Source: Clostridia bacterium (GTDB lineage: Bacteria; Bacillota; Clostridia; Oscillospirales; CAG-272). Taken from it: a DNA stretch of 64,000 nt. Below, piece by piece: positions 8,711-18,988 of the stretch. The position numbers and the translations under genes are program-made. Within the stretch, counting starts at the first letter, position 1. Every line of letters starts with the position of its first letter. The stretch lies in NCBI GenBank assembly GCA_017461365.1, contig JAFTYG010000047.1, positions 9,298 to 73,297 on the forward strand, written 5' to 3'. The notes beneath the pieces are model-generated. The model was given only the letters and a program-made list of their open reading frames with translations. It had not been told where the DNA came from and searched no databases.

Positions 8711-10273
8711 GTGAGAAAGGTGAAGCGCGATATTATTGATAGCTACGCGGAAAAGGTCTACGGGTACGCGGTAAAACGTACGTACTCCCGCGAGGAAGCC
8801 GAGGAGCTTGCGCAGGAGATATTATTTACTGCGGTCCGCGATCTGCACAAGCTCAGAGATGCGGACAAGCTTGAGCCGTGGCTTTGGGGGATAGCGGGCA
8901 ACGTAACGAAGAGCTTTCGGCGCGATCTCGGGAAACGGCGCGCGACGTATTCCTATGACACGCTTGAGAATTTGTCTTATGAGGAGAAATATTTCGACGA
9001 TCGCGAGGAAATATACGCGTCTCTGCGGACAAAGGTCGCTATGCTCTCCGCTATATACCGCGACATAGTCGTTCTTCACTACTACGACGGTCTTTCGACA
9101 AAAGCTATCTCCGAGAGGCTTGGACTGCCCGAGGGCACTGTCAGGTGGCGTCTTTCCGAGGCTCGGAAAAAGCTGAAAAAGGAGGGTGTTGAAATGAAAG
9201 AAACTGCGCTGAGACCTAAGAAAATGAGGCTGAACATATACGGAAACGGGGATTACAACGGCGTGACCGTACCATTTCCATTCGTATATATTGATGATGC
9301 TCTGTCTCAAAACATACTTTATTACTGTTATGAAAAGCCAGGCGGCGTCGAAGAGCTTGCCGCGCTTTGCGGTGTTCCCGCGTACTATATTGAGGACAGA
9401 ATAGAAAATCTTTTGAGGCGCGAGGCGATCGTTGAAGCGACTAAGGGCAAATATCTGACCGATTTTGTGATATGGTCGGACAAGCACGGCATCTGGTGCG
9501 AGGAAAACGCCGAGAGGATGCTGATGCCTCTTATGGACAAGCTTCTCTGCGCTCTTGAGGGTATTGCGGAGGACGCGTCAAGGATCGAATTTTACAAGGC
9601 GGGCAAGAGTGAGGGCGACTTATTTTATCTTTACGGGGCTATGGCTTTTGCCTATGCGAGCGAGCATTACTGCAAGCTTCCCTACCCTTGGTTCAAGAAA
9701 AAATATGACGGCAACGAGTGGTGTTACATCGGAAGCACCGAGAGCGGCACTCACCGCAGGATGGGCATAGGCATACAGCACAGCGCAAATTTAGGCAGCC
9801 GCGGCGGTTGCAGCCACACGGTGTATAACGGCTTCGGCGGTATTAAATTACGTCAGATGATGTACGACAATTACGTCAACGTCTGCGAGGATATTTTGCT
9901 AGACGGCAAGACGGCTGACGTGGAGTCTGCCGCGAATGCAATTCGGGACGGCTATATTGTAAAGCGGCAGGACGGCAGCTTTTTTGTGACGGTTCCCTTT
10001 TTTACGATAGAGCAGAAGGCGGAATTCGACGCGATAGCCGACAGGCATCTTGCGCCTCTTATGCCTGAGTATTCCGATGTGATAAACGGGTTTGTCTCAG
10101 GATATAAAAAGCTCTTTCCGAAGCATTTGGGGGATGATGCAGACCGCTTATGTCACAATACTTTTATGGGGGCTTACGAGGTGATTATCGGGTACGCGCA
10201 GAGGACGGGCGCCATCGCGATGCCGTCGCCAAGCTGTTACTGTGACGTTCTTGTACAGTTCAAGGAGACCTAA
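8711..10273 (+). CDS. ECF sigma-70 factor with long C-terminal extension
   Basis: Region 2 EEAEELAQEI...PWLWGIA and region 4 LHYYDGLSTKAISERLGLPEGTVRWRLSEAR within the first ~160 aa, then ~360 aa extension. Confidence 0.85.
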   Translation: MRKVKRDIIDSYAEKVYGYAVKRTYSREEAEELAQEILFTAVRDLHKLRDADKLEPWLWGIAGNVTKSFRRDLGKRRATYSYDTLENLSYEEKYFDDREEIYASLRTKVAMLSAIYRDIVVLHYYDGLSTKAISERLGLPEGTVRWRLSEARKKLKKEGVEMKETALRPKKMRLNIYGNGDYNGVTVPFPFVYIDDALSQNILYYCYEKPGGVEELAALCGVPAYYIEDRIENLLRREAIVEATKGKYLTDFVIWSDKHGIWCEENAERMLMPLMDKLLCALEGIAEDASRIEFYKAGKSEGDLFYLYGAMAFAYASEHYCKLPYPWFKKKYDGNEWCYIGSTESGTHRRMGIGIQHSANLGSRGGCSHTVYNGFGGIKLRQMMYDNYVNVCEDILLDGKTADVESAANAIRDGYIVKRQDGSFFVTVPFFTIEQKAEFDAIADRHLAPLMPEYSDVINGFVSGYKKLFPKHLGDDADRLCHNTFMGAYEVIIGYAQRTGAIAMPSPSCYCDVLVQFKET

Positions 10274-10294
10274 GACACAAATAGGCCATAACGC

Positions 10295-10345
10295 AAAAGC
10301 ACTTATGACAAACGATTTTTGTTTCGTTATCATAAGTGCTTTTTT
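10295..10345. terminator. Bidirectional terminator
   Basis: AAAAGCACTTATGA...TCATAAGTGCTTTT between convergent genes. Confidence 0.75.
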
Positions 10346-10404
10346 GTTGTTTAGTTAAGCTCGCGTTATCGGACGTTAGCTAAGAGGAACGCCGTATTTT
10401 TGTA

Positions 10405-11391
10405 TTATTCGTTTTCGTCGCATACTCTGAGAACGACCTTACCGATATTTTCGCCGCGCTCGAGTATTGCGTGCGCCTCCTGTGCCTCTGTTATCGGGAG
10501 GGTGCGATATATCGAGGGCTTGAGCTCTCCGCTTTCAAATTTACACCACACCTTTTCGACTAACTGCGACAAGATATACGCCTTGAATTCGGGGGTACGG
10601 TTGCGAAGCATACTGCCCACAAGGTGCAAGCCCTTTGTCAAAAGCGGGCGGAGCTGTACGTTCGTTTCGGTGCCCGCAAGTGTGGATATGACTATCCAAT
10701 AGCCGCCTTTTGCCATATATGGCAGGCTTTTACCGAGTGTTTCTCCCGAGAGGCAATCCATTGAGACGCTTACGGGAGTACCTCTTTCTTCCTCGTTTTT
10801 CAGTATTTCCTCGACGCTCTCCTTTGACGAATTTATTATAACGTCCGCGCCGAGCGGCTTTATTTTTTCGGCAAGCTCATCGGTACGCACCGAGGTGACG
10901 ACTCTTGCTCCGAACGCCTTTGCCATGGGTATTGCGGCTGATGCGAGTCCGCTTGCACCTGCGGGGATAAAGGCGGTCTGCCCTGCCGTCAGGTGTCCCT
11001 CTATAAAGAGGTTCAGGTAAGACGTGGCGTATGCCTCGGGCAAGGATGCCGCCTCGGTCATAGAAAGCCCTTTGGGGACAGGCATAAGCATATCGTATTT
11101 GACTGCCGCATATTCGGCGTAGCCTCCTCCTCCGAGAAGCGCGCAAACACGGTCGCCCGTTTTCCATTTTGTAACGTCCTTTCCAATCTCGGTAACAACT
11201 CCCGCGATCTCGAGCCCCATCCATTCGGGACATCCTGCGGGCGAGGGGTACTTTCCCTGTCTTTGCAAAAGGTCGGCACGGTTGAGCGCCGCCGCGTGTA
11301 TCTTGACGAGCACCTCGTCGTCCTTTATTATCGGTGTGGGTACATCCGACCAAACGAGGTCCTTATTTTCATTTACAAGCACTGCTTTCAT
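10405..11391 (-). CDS. NAD(P)H-quinone oxidoreductase (PIG3/zeta-crystallin MDR family)
   Basis: AAALNRADLLQRQGKYP, GLEIAG, GGGYAEY, GENIGKVVL. Confidence 0.88.
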   Translation of the reverse strand: MKAVLVNENKDLVWSDVPTPIIKDDEVLVKIHAAALNRADLLQRQGKYPSPAGCPEWMGLEIAGVVTEIGKDVTKWKTGDRVCALLGGGGYAEYAAVKYDMLMPVPKGLSMTEAASLPEAYATSYLNLFIEGHLTAGQTAFIPAGASGLASAAIPMAKAFGARVVTSVRTDELAEKIKPLGADVIINSSKESVEEILKNEEERGTPVSVSMDCLSGETLGKSLPYMAKGGYWIVISTLAGTETNVQLRPLLTKGLHLVGSMLRNRTPEFKAYILSQLVEKVWCKFESGELKPSIYRTLPITEAQEAHAILERGENIGKVVLRVCDENE

Positions 11392-11401
11392 GATTTTATC
11401 C

Positions 11402-12403
11402 TCACATATTATTGTTTTTCAGATATTCATCCATACGGCATCCGCGTTCACTCTGAGGCGGAGTATAGTCCTTTGGAATTCGGGATATTTCCATCTTCAA
11501 GCCGTCATACATAGGCATAAGCTCCTCTTGCTTCATTCCCGTCAGCGCCAACACCTTGGAGTTATCGGTTATCCTATGGAAGAGCCTTGCGTATTCAAGC
11601 TGCCAACGAACACTAAGCTTCTTTTCAGGGCTGAGTATGGAGAGATAATCTTCTTTATCCACCCAAACCGCCTCAAGTCCCACAAGCTCGCGGTAGTATT
11701 CGGCTATCTCTCCCCATGTTCTGTGCTCTGCCGAGCAGACGTTATAAAATTCCCTTTTCGCTTCATCCTTGAACAAAATGAGCGCTATCATTTTAGCGAC
11801 GTCACCGCCCCAACTGAGTGTGGCGGGCTTATCCTTTGCCTGAATGGGAAGAACGACCTTTTTTTCTTGCAAGGCGCGACCGACGCAGTCCTTGAATTCA
11901 AGTGTTACCAATTGAAGTCGCATTGTGGAAAACGTAGTAGCAGGTCTTACTACAGTCCAATTGCCGTAGGGCGACGAAACGAGAAGATCCTCCGCCCTCG
12001 CCTTATGTATGCAATAGTCGTTTGACGCCTTTAGCGCCTCGTCCTCGGAGGTATCCAAAAGTCTAGGGGAGGTCTCCCTGACAGGAATTTCCTTATCATC
12101 GTACACACGGCATGAGGACAGAAAGATATAATGCCCCGTATTCTCCAAGAACAGCTTATAATAATCGGAAAACGGATATTTTCCGTAATCCATAAAGTTT
12201 ACGATACCGTCGAAGCCCTCCGCAAGCAGAGACTTCAAAAAATCCTTATCAAAGGCGTCGCCTTTAATATAGGTAACGTTTTCACAGCATGGCATCGCAT
12301 CATCAAGAGATACCCCGACAACTGCATATCCAAGCTTTGCAAGCTCGGGCACAAGATACCTTCCCATAGCTCCCGTAGAACCTAAAACCAAAACCTTTTT
12401 CAT
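11402..12403 (-). CDS. NAD-dependent epimerase/dehydratase (extended SDR)
   Basis: VLVLGSTGAMG Rossmann motif, YIFLSS, YCIHK. Confidence 0.8.
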   Translation of the reverse strand: MKKVLVLGSTGAMGRYLVPELAKLGYAVVGVSLDDAMPCCENVTYIKGDAFDKDFLKSLLAEGFDGIVNFMDYGKYPFSDYYKLFLENTGHYIFLSSCRVYDDKEIPVRETSPRLLDTSEDEALKASNDYCIHKARAEDLLVSSPYGNWTVVRPATTFSTMRLQLVTLEFKDCVGRALQEKKVVLPIQAKDKPATLSWGGDVAKMIALILFKDEAKREFYNVCSAEHRTWGEIAEYYRELVGLEAVWVDKEDYLSILSPEKKLSVRWQLEYARLFHRITDNSKVLALTGMKQEELMPMYDGLKMEISRIPKDYTPPQSERGCRMDEYLKNNNM

Positions 12404-12414
12404 TTTCGTCTTCC

Positions 12415-13482
12415 TCAATTTCTATAAACTACCTGACCGTCTGATACTGTCAGGACACATCGATATCCCTCTGTATTACAGATATGATTTCCTGCCTTGT
12501 CGGTCAGGTCAAAGCCCTCATCGGTGTAATCGAATACGGCAATATCAGCTTTTCGTCCGACCATCAAGTATCCCCACTCATTTTCCTTTCCAAGAGCTTT
12601 TGCGGGATTTGCGGTGACGGCTCTGAAAATATCCTCTTCTCGCATACCGAGCGTTTGGGCGATATTCATGCACATAGTCATTCCGTAGCGTCCGCCGCGG
12701 GTATATGCGCTGAATTTCGTAATGTCGGTGCTTATAACATCGGGAACTATACCGTACTGAATTGCTTTGGCAAGTACACCGAAATCTGTATGAACATGTC
12801 CCGCCATTCCCACATCAATAACAACGCCTCGCTTTTGGGCCTGTCTCATACTCTCAAAGCCATCCTCGGATACGTTATTTTTTCCGCCGTGAAAGGCGTG
12901 GGTAAGAATGTCACCCTTTTCGAGAGTATCCAAAAGCTCAGCCATACTAACAGGTGAATTCGAGCTATGCACCATTACACGCAAGCCTCCGGCGTGAGCA
13001 AAATCACACGCCTCTCTTAGCGGTGTGGTATTCGACACCTCTGACATAGCGGTATCAAAATAGACCTTTACGCCGATAGCCTTATCCCCGAAGCGTGAAA
13101 GCGCATCCTCGGTCTTGGTAAAATCGGCACGGTTATTCTTTATGCCCACCTTGGCAAACACAACGTTTTTCAGCATAAATGCATCAAGCAAGGCTCTGTT
13201 GCCGTATTCTCCCGAAGCGTCAGCCGCCGCAGTCGTTCCAAACGGGAAACAGCTCATCTCGGCTTGTGTCCCGAACTTACTCGTGGAGATCCCTCTCATA
13301 TGCACGTGAGCATCCACAAGCCCTGCCGAAACGGTCTTGCCTTTCACATCATAAACCAAGTCGGCTGTGTCGGAAATATCCGTCTCTATTTTAGCTATCT
13401 TGTCACCGTCTGTCAGAACATCGGTATAGGAAAAAGCGTCTCCGTTCCACACCCGTCCGTTTTTAATCAATATTTTTGCCAT
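12415..13482 (-). CDS. Amidohydrolase/deacetylase family metallohydrolase (dihydroorotase-like)
   Basis: GLVDAHVH, MVH, DILTHAFH, DVISTD, VTANPAKALG. Confidence 0.85.
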   Translation of the reverse strand: MAKILIKNGRVWNGDAFSYTDVLTDGDKIAKIETDISDTADLVYDVKGKTVSAGLVDAHVHMRGISTSKFGTQAEMSCFPFGTTAAADASGEYGNRALLDAFMLKNVVFAKVGIKNNRADFTKTEDALSRFGDKAIGVKVYFDTAMSEVSNTTPLREACDFAHAGGLRVMVHSSNSPVSMAELLDTLEKGDILTHAFHGGKNNVSEDGFESMRQAQKRGVVIDVGMAGHVHTDFGVLAKAIQYGIVPDVISTDITKFSAYTRGGRYGMTMCMNIAQTLGMREEDIFRAVTANPAKALGKENEWGYLMVGRKADIAVFDYTDEGFDLTDKAGNHICNTEGYRCVLTVSDGQVVYRN

Positions 13483-14476
13483 TGAAGCGCACTCCTCCGA
13501 CTATCTCCGACAGCACCTTTTGCACCAAATAGTCATGCTCGTAGGTAAAGGGATTGTCCTTTGTTCCCTGTATATACGCGTAAAAGTCCTGCATCATATC
13601 ATCATAACGGCCGTGATGGGTGTTATCCTCCACAGGAACAACTATATGATGATCCTCATAGGTCTTACCGTTCATAGAGGTATCCGCATAGGTCATACGT
13701 ATTCCCTTTTCCAATGGGCAGATATTGACTGTACCCTTACTTCCCGACACTACAAGCTGACGTCTGCCGTATCCGTTGACCTCTACCGAGGAAACGTAAA
13801 TTCTCGCCAGCGCCTTATCATATTCGAGAACGGCAAGGTTATTATCCTCGAAATCCACGCCGTCAAGCCCCGTATGTTTTAAAAAGGTAGTGATCTTTTT
13901 CGGCTCGCCCATCATATAAACGATCAGGTCGACAAGGTGGCTTCCGAGGATATACATAATGCCTCCTCCGAAATTTGTGAGCCATTTTTTATATTCCGCT
14001 CCGTGAAAAGTGCTCATTTCGGCGTTTATGGAATATATCTCTCCGAGGTCACCGTTTCTGATATGTTCAAAGCATTCGAGCACCGCAGGATTATAGCGGT
14101 ACATATATCCAAGCTGTACCGCCAGACCTTTTTCCTTCGCCGTATCGAGCACGTATTTATATTCCTCAAGCGTTCCGCTTGCGGGCTTGTCCATATGGAT
14201 ATGCTTACCTGCATCCACGCACATTTTCGCGTATTTCGTCAGATCCCACACGTCGCTTTCCACAAGTATCGCATCGGACTGCTCGATGACCTGCTCTACC
14301 GTAAGTCGGGGGAGTCCCTCATAGCCGAGCCAATCCCCACGCTTTTCTATCCATCGCTCGTTTTCCTCGGCATATCCTACGACCTCAAAAAGATCGGGAA
14401 ATTTGCGCACGGCTTTCATTTTTGCCTCGCCGTGGTTATGTCCTATTCCTATCTGTCCTATCTTTATTTTTTTCAT
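13463..14476 (-). CDS. Gfo/Idh/MocA family oxidoreductase
   Basis: IGQIGIGHNHG, GKHIHMDKP, GYMYRYNP, GSHLVD. Confidence 0.85.
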   Translation of the reverse strand: MKKIKIGQIGIGHNHGEAKMKAVRKFPDLFEVVGYAEENERWIEKRGDWLGYEGLPRLTVEQVIEQSDAILVESDVWDLTKYAKMCVDAGKHIHMDKPASGTLEEYKYVLDTAKEKGLAVQLGYMYRYNPAVLECFEHIRNGDLGEIYSINAEMSTFHGAEYKKWLTNFGGGIMYILGSHLVDLIVYMMGEPKKITTFLKHTGLDGVDFEDNNLAVLEYDKALARIYVSSVEVNGYGRRQLVVSGSKGTVNICPLEKGIRMTYADTSMNGKTYEDHHIVVPVEDNTHHGRYDDMMQDFYAYIQGTKDNPFTYEHDYLVQKVLSEIVGGVRFNGKNID

Positions 14477-15480
14477 TTTATATCTCTCCAATCAAACACA
14501 GTTCCTATAGGAAACGCGGGATCATCGCAAAGCTGATCATAAATCCGGGGCGCGGCTTCGGGAGATACCACGCGCGAGACGATAGGTGCGACCTGAATGC
14601 GCCCCGCAGCGATAAGCGACAAAATAGCCTTGCAATCGTCCTGATGTGTCCAATGGTGGGGGTAGGACTCGACCTTGGGACGGACAAAATTGTGCGCGCC
14701 TATAAGCTTCACGCCCGGGCGGTGTACCTGTTGGTAATAATCAACCGAGCAATCGGACACCCGGGTACAGCCGAGCAGAGAAATACGCCCCATCCACGAA
14801 GCGCATTCTATCGCCTGCTTCATTGCGGCGGACACGCCTGTTACCTCTACCGTCGCGTTTACGCCCTTACCGCCTGTTACAGACTTTACCTTTTCGACAA
14901 AATCGGGATCGGATGGATCAAATGCGTAGTCCGCGCCGAGCTTCAAGGCAAGCTCGCGGCGGGCGGGATTGAGATCGGCGGCTATCACGGGATACGCGCC
15001 GCTTAAGCGGCAAAACTGCAAAGCGAAGATTCCGAGCAGACCGAGCCCCATTACCATGGCGCTCTCGCCAAGCTCGAGCTCAAGCTTTCTCACGCCGCCA
15101 AGCCCCATAGACGCAATTATAACGAATGCCGCGTCAAGAGACGGGATCGAATCGTCCTCCACCTTAGTTATCTCAGCCTCGGTACGTATATTATATTTCG
15201 CGTGCTTACCGTGATATACGAGCACACGGTCGCCCACAGCCACGCTCCTCACGGCAGAGCCTACCTTCAACACACGGCCAACGCCGCAATATCCGAGAGA
15301 TTTGGGAAATTTATTGCCACCCGCATTCTTCATTCCCATAATATTTGCGCGCTCGGTACCACCGCTGACTACCGTATATTCGGTTTCTGTCAGCACCTCA
15401 TTTTCCTCTATATTGCGAACGTCCGCATCCAACAATTCAGCCTTATGTACATCGGTAAAAAATATCTGTTTGTTTGTCAT
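14473..15480 (-). CDS. MDR family (zinc-binding alcohol dehydrogenase-like) oxidoreductase
   Basis: SGGTE, LGYCGVG, GLGLLG NAD-binding motif; no structural-zinc loop. Confidence 0.8.
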   Translation of the reverse strand: MTNKQIFFTDVHKAELLDADVRNIEENEVLTETEYTVVSGGTERANIMGMKNAGGNKFPKSLGYCGVGRVLKVGSAVRSVAVGDRVLVYHGKHAKYNIRTEAEITKVEDDSIPSLDAAFVIIASMGLGGVRKLELELGESAMVMGLGLLGIFALQFCRLSGAYPVIAADLNPARRELALKLGADYAFDPSDPDFVEKVKSVTGGKGVNATVEVTGVSAAMKQAIECASWMGRISLLGCTRVSDCSVDYYQQVHRPGVKLIGAHNFVRPKVESYPHHWTHQDDCKAILSLIAAGRIQVAPIVSRVVSPEAAPRIYDQLCDDPAFPIGTVFDWRDIK

Positions 15481-15490
15481 ACTAAGCTCC

Positions 15491-16309
15491 TCACATCATT
15501 TTTTTAATATTCTCTATCACCGTTGCGGCGGTCCGCAGATGTATCTGCTCCTTTGTACTGCCCACATTGTAGCGGTCCACACAAAAAGCAATATGACTAC
15601 CGAGAATGGGATTTATTATTCTTGAAGGTATGCCCGCCGATCCGTTTGCGTGATACGCAACGGGGGTGCGAAGCTCCTTTTTCAAAACAAGCATCGTCCT
15701 GTAGCATTCTTCAAGATCGTCCTCGTTTTCCGCTTTCGTAACTATCTTTATGACATCGGGGTTACGCTTCTCAAGGAACAGCGCAAGCTCCACCACCTGT
15801 TCGCACTTCATGGAAATTCCCGGGTGGCAGGACAGAAGCACCTCTGCATCCATCGAATGGATACGCTCGATAAGCTCGCATTGCTTTGAAATTATCGCCT
15901 CGTCGGTGACCACCTCTTTGGGGTTTCCCTTTGTGAATGAATATTTATCCTCGCCATAAAAACCTTTTTTCGAAGGCAGATCGAAGGTATAGCCCTGTAT
16001 ATCTACGCCCGCGGCTCCCGCCTCTGCGGCGCGGAGAAAGCTTGCCACACGCTCTTCCTCAGAATATCCCGCATCTGTCCACTCATAGGTGTTATTATAG
16101 TTCAGCGCGAGAACGGGAAGCTTTGTGGATGCTATTATTTTTCTCAAGCTCTCCACGTCGGTGTTCTCCAAAGACGACATATGAAGATCTATCATCGTCG
16201 CTCCGTCGTACATACAGTTTTTGATCTCGGCTATTGCGCCGAGAGTGCTTTTTTCCTTCACCACCCCCGCAAGGGCGGGAGACGGCAATTGTGATATTTT
16301 CTGTTTCAT
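15491..16309 (-). CDS. Type I 3-dehydroquinate dehydratase-like TIM barrel
   Basis: GVDIQ, VLLSCH (His), DVIKIV (Schiff-base Lys), SRIINPILGS. Confidence 0.6.
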   Translation of the reverse strand: MKQKISQLPSPALAGVVKEKSTLGAIAEIKNCMYDGATMIDLHMSSLENTDVESLRKIIASTKLPVLALNYNNTYEWTDAGYSEEERVASFLRAAEAGAAGVDIQGYTFDLPSKKGFYGEDKYSFTKGNPKEVVTDEAIISKQCELIERIHSMDAEVLLSCHPGISMKCEQVVELALFLEKRNPDVIKIVTKAENEDDLEECYRTMLVLKKELRTPVAYHANGSAGIPSRIINPILGSHIAFCVDRYNVGSTKEQIHLRTAATVIENIKKMM

Positions 16310-16458
16310 AATTTCACCTCCGCAAACAGTATAACACAATTGTCTGTCAAGGTAAATATCAAATGTGCTATAATTTATCATATTTGATACAAAAGCTATT
16401 GCTTGATTTTGGAAAATATGATATAATTACTTTATAAAATGAGGGAGATTGGATAAAA

Positions 16459-17238
16459 ATGAACGCAGAAATTTTATCAGAATTGGTCATAACAAAGGTA
16501 CGTTCCGTATCAACTATGTACAGCCCCGAAAACAAAAGGGCGAAGCGAACAGACAGAAGCCGTTGGGCAATGATCATCAAATATGAGGGCGAGACGGTCT
16601 ACACATCGTGCGGCAGCCGTTTTCTGTCCGATCTCAATCATTTGGTGCTCCTGCCCAAGGGCTGTTCCTATGAATGGCAATGCACGAAGGCGGGATACTT
16701 TTGCTCCGTAGAATTTGACAGCGATCTGACATATACCCACCCACTTGTCTTTTCGCTCAAAAACGGAAAAAGAATATTGAATATGATCAAAGAATTGGAA
16801 TATAAGCGAAATATTAAAAAACCGACAACCGAGCTTGAAAGCATCAAGGATGTATATTCGATCATACTTACGCTTATTCAATCCGAGCCCGAACGGTATC
16901 TGCCCACCGAAAAGCAAAAAAAGATCGCCCCCGCTATAGAATATATATCTCAAAATTACAACAAGAGCATTACAAACGATGAGCTTGCCGAGCGCACGGG
17001 ACTTTCCACCGTGTATTTCAGGAAGCTGTTCACAGAGACCGTAGGAATATCGCCTATAGCCTACGCGCACGAGCTTCGTATTCAAAAGGCAAAGGAAATG
17101 CTGAGAAGCGATCACGGATCCCTCAGTGACATCGCTCACTCACTCGGCTATGCGAGCCTTTTCGATTTCTCGCGTGATTTCAAAAAGCATTGCGGTATTC
17201 CGCCATCAAAATATCAAGAAGGGGCGGAAAATATCTGA
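16459..17238 (+). CDS. AraC family regulator
   Basis: C-terminal double HTH (LSTVYFRKLF...IAHSLGY...FSRDFKK.CGIPPSKY); divergent from the oxidoreductase operon. Confidence 0.92.
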   Translation: MNAEILSELVITKVRSVSTMYSPENKRAKRTDRSRWAMIIKYEGETVYTSCGSRFLSDLNHLVLLPKGCSYEWQCTKAGYFCSVEFDSDLTYTHPLVFSLKNGKRILNMIKELEYKRNIKKPTTELESIKDVYSIILTLIQSEPERYLPTEKQKKIAPAIEYISQNYNKSITNDELAERTGLSTVYFRKLFTETVGISPIAYAHELRIQKAKEMLRSDHGSLSDIAHSLGYASLFDFSRDFKKHCGIPPSKYQEGAENI

Positions 17239-17242
17239 GCTT

Positions 17243-17995
17243 TTATTTTACGAGCACGAATTCGGTATTCTTATACTCTTGTCGGGTGCGTTCGGGAAAG
17301 GTATGGTCGCTGATGACGGTATCGGCAAGGGAGAGGCGACCGAGGACTACCTTACTTCCCTTTTTATCGACCTTTTCTTTATCTACAAGGTAGTAGCTTT
17401 TTTCCGAATTGCGCAGCATCGTCATATGCATATTGAAGAATATATCTCCCGTATATGACATTTCTCCGTCCGAGCTGACAAAGGCGGTAGAAAAGAAGCA
17501 TTTATCGGCTTTATATCTTGCCGCCGTCTCGACGGTATCTGTGCCCGCGAGCATATACGGCGCCTCCATTACTCTTCCTCCGAGGACTATTACGTCTACT
17601 CCGAGCTCTGAGAGAAAGGCTGACAGCGCTGTATTATTGGTTATGACGGTTATATCTCTTTTTTCTGCGATATACTCTCCCATATACTGTACTGTTGTGC
17701 TTCCGTCCATAAAGACGGTATCTCCGTCCTCGACGTACTCCGCCGCCTGCTTAGCTATTCTTTTCTTTGCGCTTTTGCCCTGCTCATATCTGAACGTTAC
17801 GGGAACTGTGATGGGCACTGTCGGCTCGACTCCGCCGTAGGTACGCTTTACCTCTCCCATCTGCGCAAGTACATTGAGATCTCGGTTTACCGTTGCGGTA
17901 CTGTAATGCAATTCCTCGGTGAGATATTTCACCGTTACGTATCCGTTTTTGCGGAGGATCGACATTATTCTTTCCATACGCTCTCTTTGGAACAT
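17243..17995 (-). CDS. DeoR/GlpR family regulator
   Basis: STATVNRDL...RTYGG HTH; FMDGSTT and VITNN sensor domain. Confidence 0.9.
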   Translation of the reverse strand: MFQRERMERIMSILRKNGYVTVKYLTEELHYSTATVNRDLNVLAQMGEVKRTYGGVEPTVPITVPVTFRYEQGKSAKKRIAKQAAEYVEDGDTVFMDGSTTVQYMGEYIAEKRDITVITNNTALSAFLSELGVDVIVLGGRVMEAPYMLAGTDTVETAARYKADKCFFSTAFVSSDGEMSYTGDIFFNMHMTMLRNSEKSYYLVDKEKVDKKGSKVVLGRLSLADTVISDHTFPERTRQEYKNTEFVLVK

Positions 17996-18125
17996 TTTTT
18001 ATCTCCTTTTTTGATAATTGTTGAGAATTATTCAATATCTCTGACCTATATTGAAGAAATGTTGAGAATTTATTATAATTATATCATCTCAAAATATTTT
18101 TGTCAATACGGAAAGGAGAGACACA

Positions 18126-18971
18126 ATGTCTTTTGTTACATCGAAAAAAATGCTTTCTGACGCGCAAAGCGGAGGCTATGCGGTCGGGGCATTCAATGCT
18201 GAGAATATGGAGATGGTAATGGCTATCATTTCCGCCGCGGAGGAGCTTCGCGCTCCCGTTATCATTCAGACGACGCCGTCGACGGTGAAATACGCGGGGG
18301 TGGATATGTATCTTGCTAACGTACGCGCGGCGGCTGAGCGCGCGGCGGTACCCGTGGCTCTGCATCTCGATCACGGAAACAGCTATGAGCTTGCGATAAG
18401 GGCGATGCAGGCGGGATACACCTCGGTGATGATCGACGGCTCTCACGAGAGCTTTGAGGACAATATTGCGCTTACGCGTTCGGTGGTAAGGGTTGCCGAG
18501 TGCATCGGAATTCCCGTTGAGGGAGAGCTTGGCGCTGTGGGCGGCAAGGAGGATGATCTTGAAGCCTCGGGCGGTTATACTCTTCCCTCCGAGGCAGAGG
18601 AGTTTGCGCTTCGTACGGGTGTTTCGTCGTTGGCTGTGGCTATCGGAACGGCTCACGGCGTTTACAAGAGTGTTCCGCGGCTTGACGTTGAGCGTCTTTC
18701 AGAGATACGCAAGGTAGTTTCGGTGCCTCTTGTGCTTCACGGGGCATCCGGTCTTAGCGACGATGCGGTACGCGCCTGCATTGCCGAGGGCATCTGCAAG
18801 GTGAATTTTGCTACGGAGCTTCGCATTGTCTACACCTCTGGGGTACGCGAGATGCTTGCGGATGACGGCGGTATTTTTGATCCAAAGGCATACGGCAAGG
18901 TGGCTATGCTCAAGGTCAAGGAGCTTGTTATGGGGCGCATTGCCGTTTGCGGCTGTGACGGAAAGGTATGA
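18126..18971 (+). CDS. Class II tagatose/fructose-1,6-bisphosphate aldolase (GatY/KbaY-like)
   Basis: VALHLDHG, SVMIDGS, AIGTAHG, LVLHGASG, KVNFATEL; adjacent to a GatD-like gene. Confidence 0.9.
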   Translation: MSFVTSKKMLSDAQSGGYAVGAFNAENMEMVMAIISAAEELRAPVIIQTTPSTVKYAGVDMYLANVRAAAERAAVPVALHLDHGNSYELAIRAMQAGYTSVMIDGSHESFEDNIALTRSVVRVAECIGIPVEGELGAVGGKEDDLEASGGYTLPSEAEEFALRTGVSSLAVAIGTAHGVYKSVPRLDVERLSEIRKVVSVPLVLHGASGLSDDAVRACIAEGICKVNFATELRIVYTSGVREMLADDGGIFDPKAYGKVAMLKVKELVMGRIAVCGCDGKV

Positions 18972-18988
18972 TAGAGGAGGTTCAAAAA

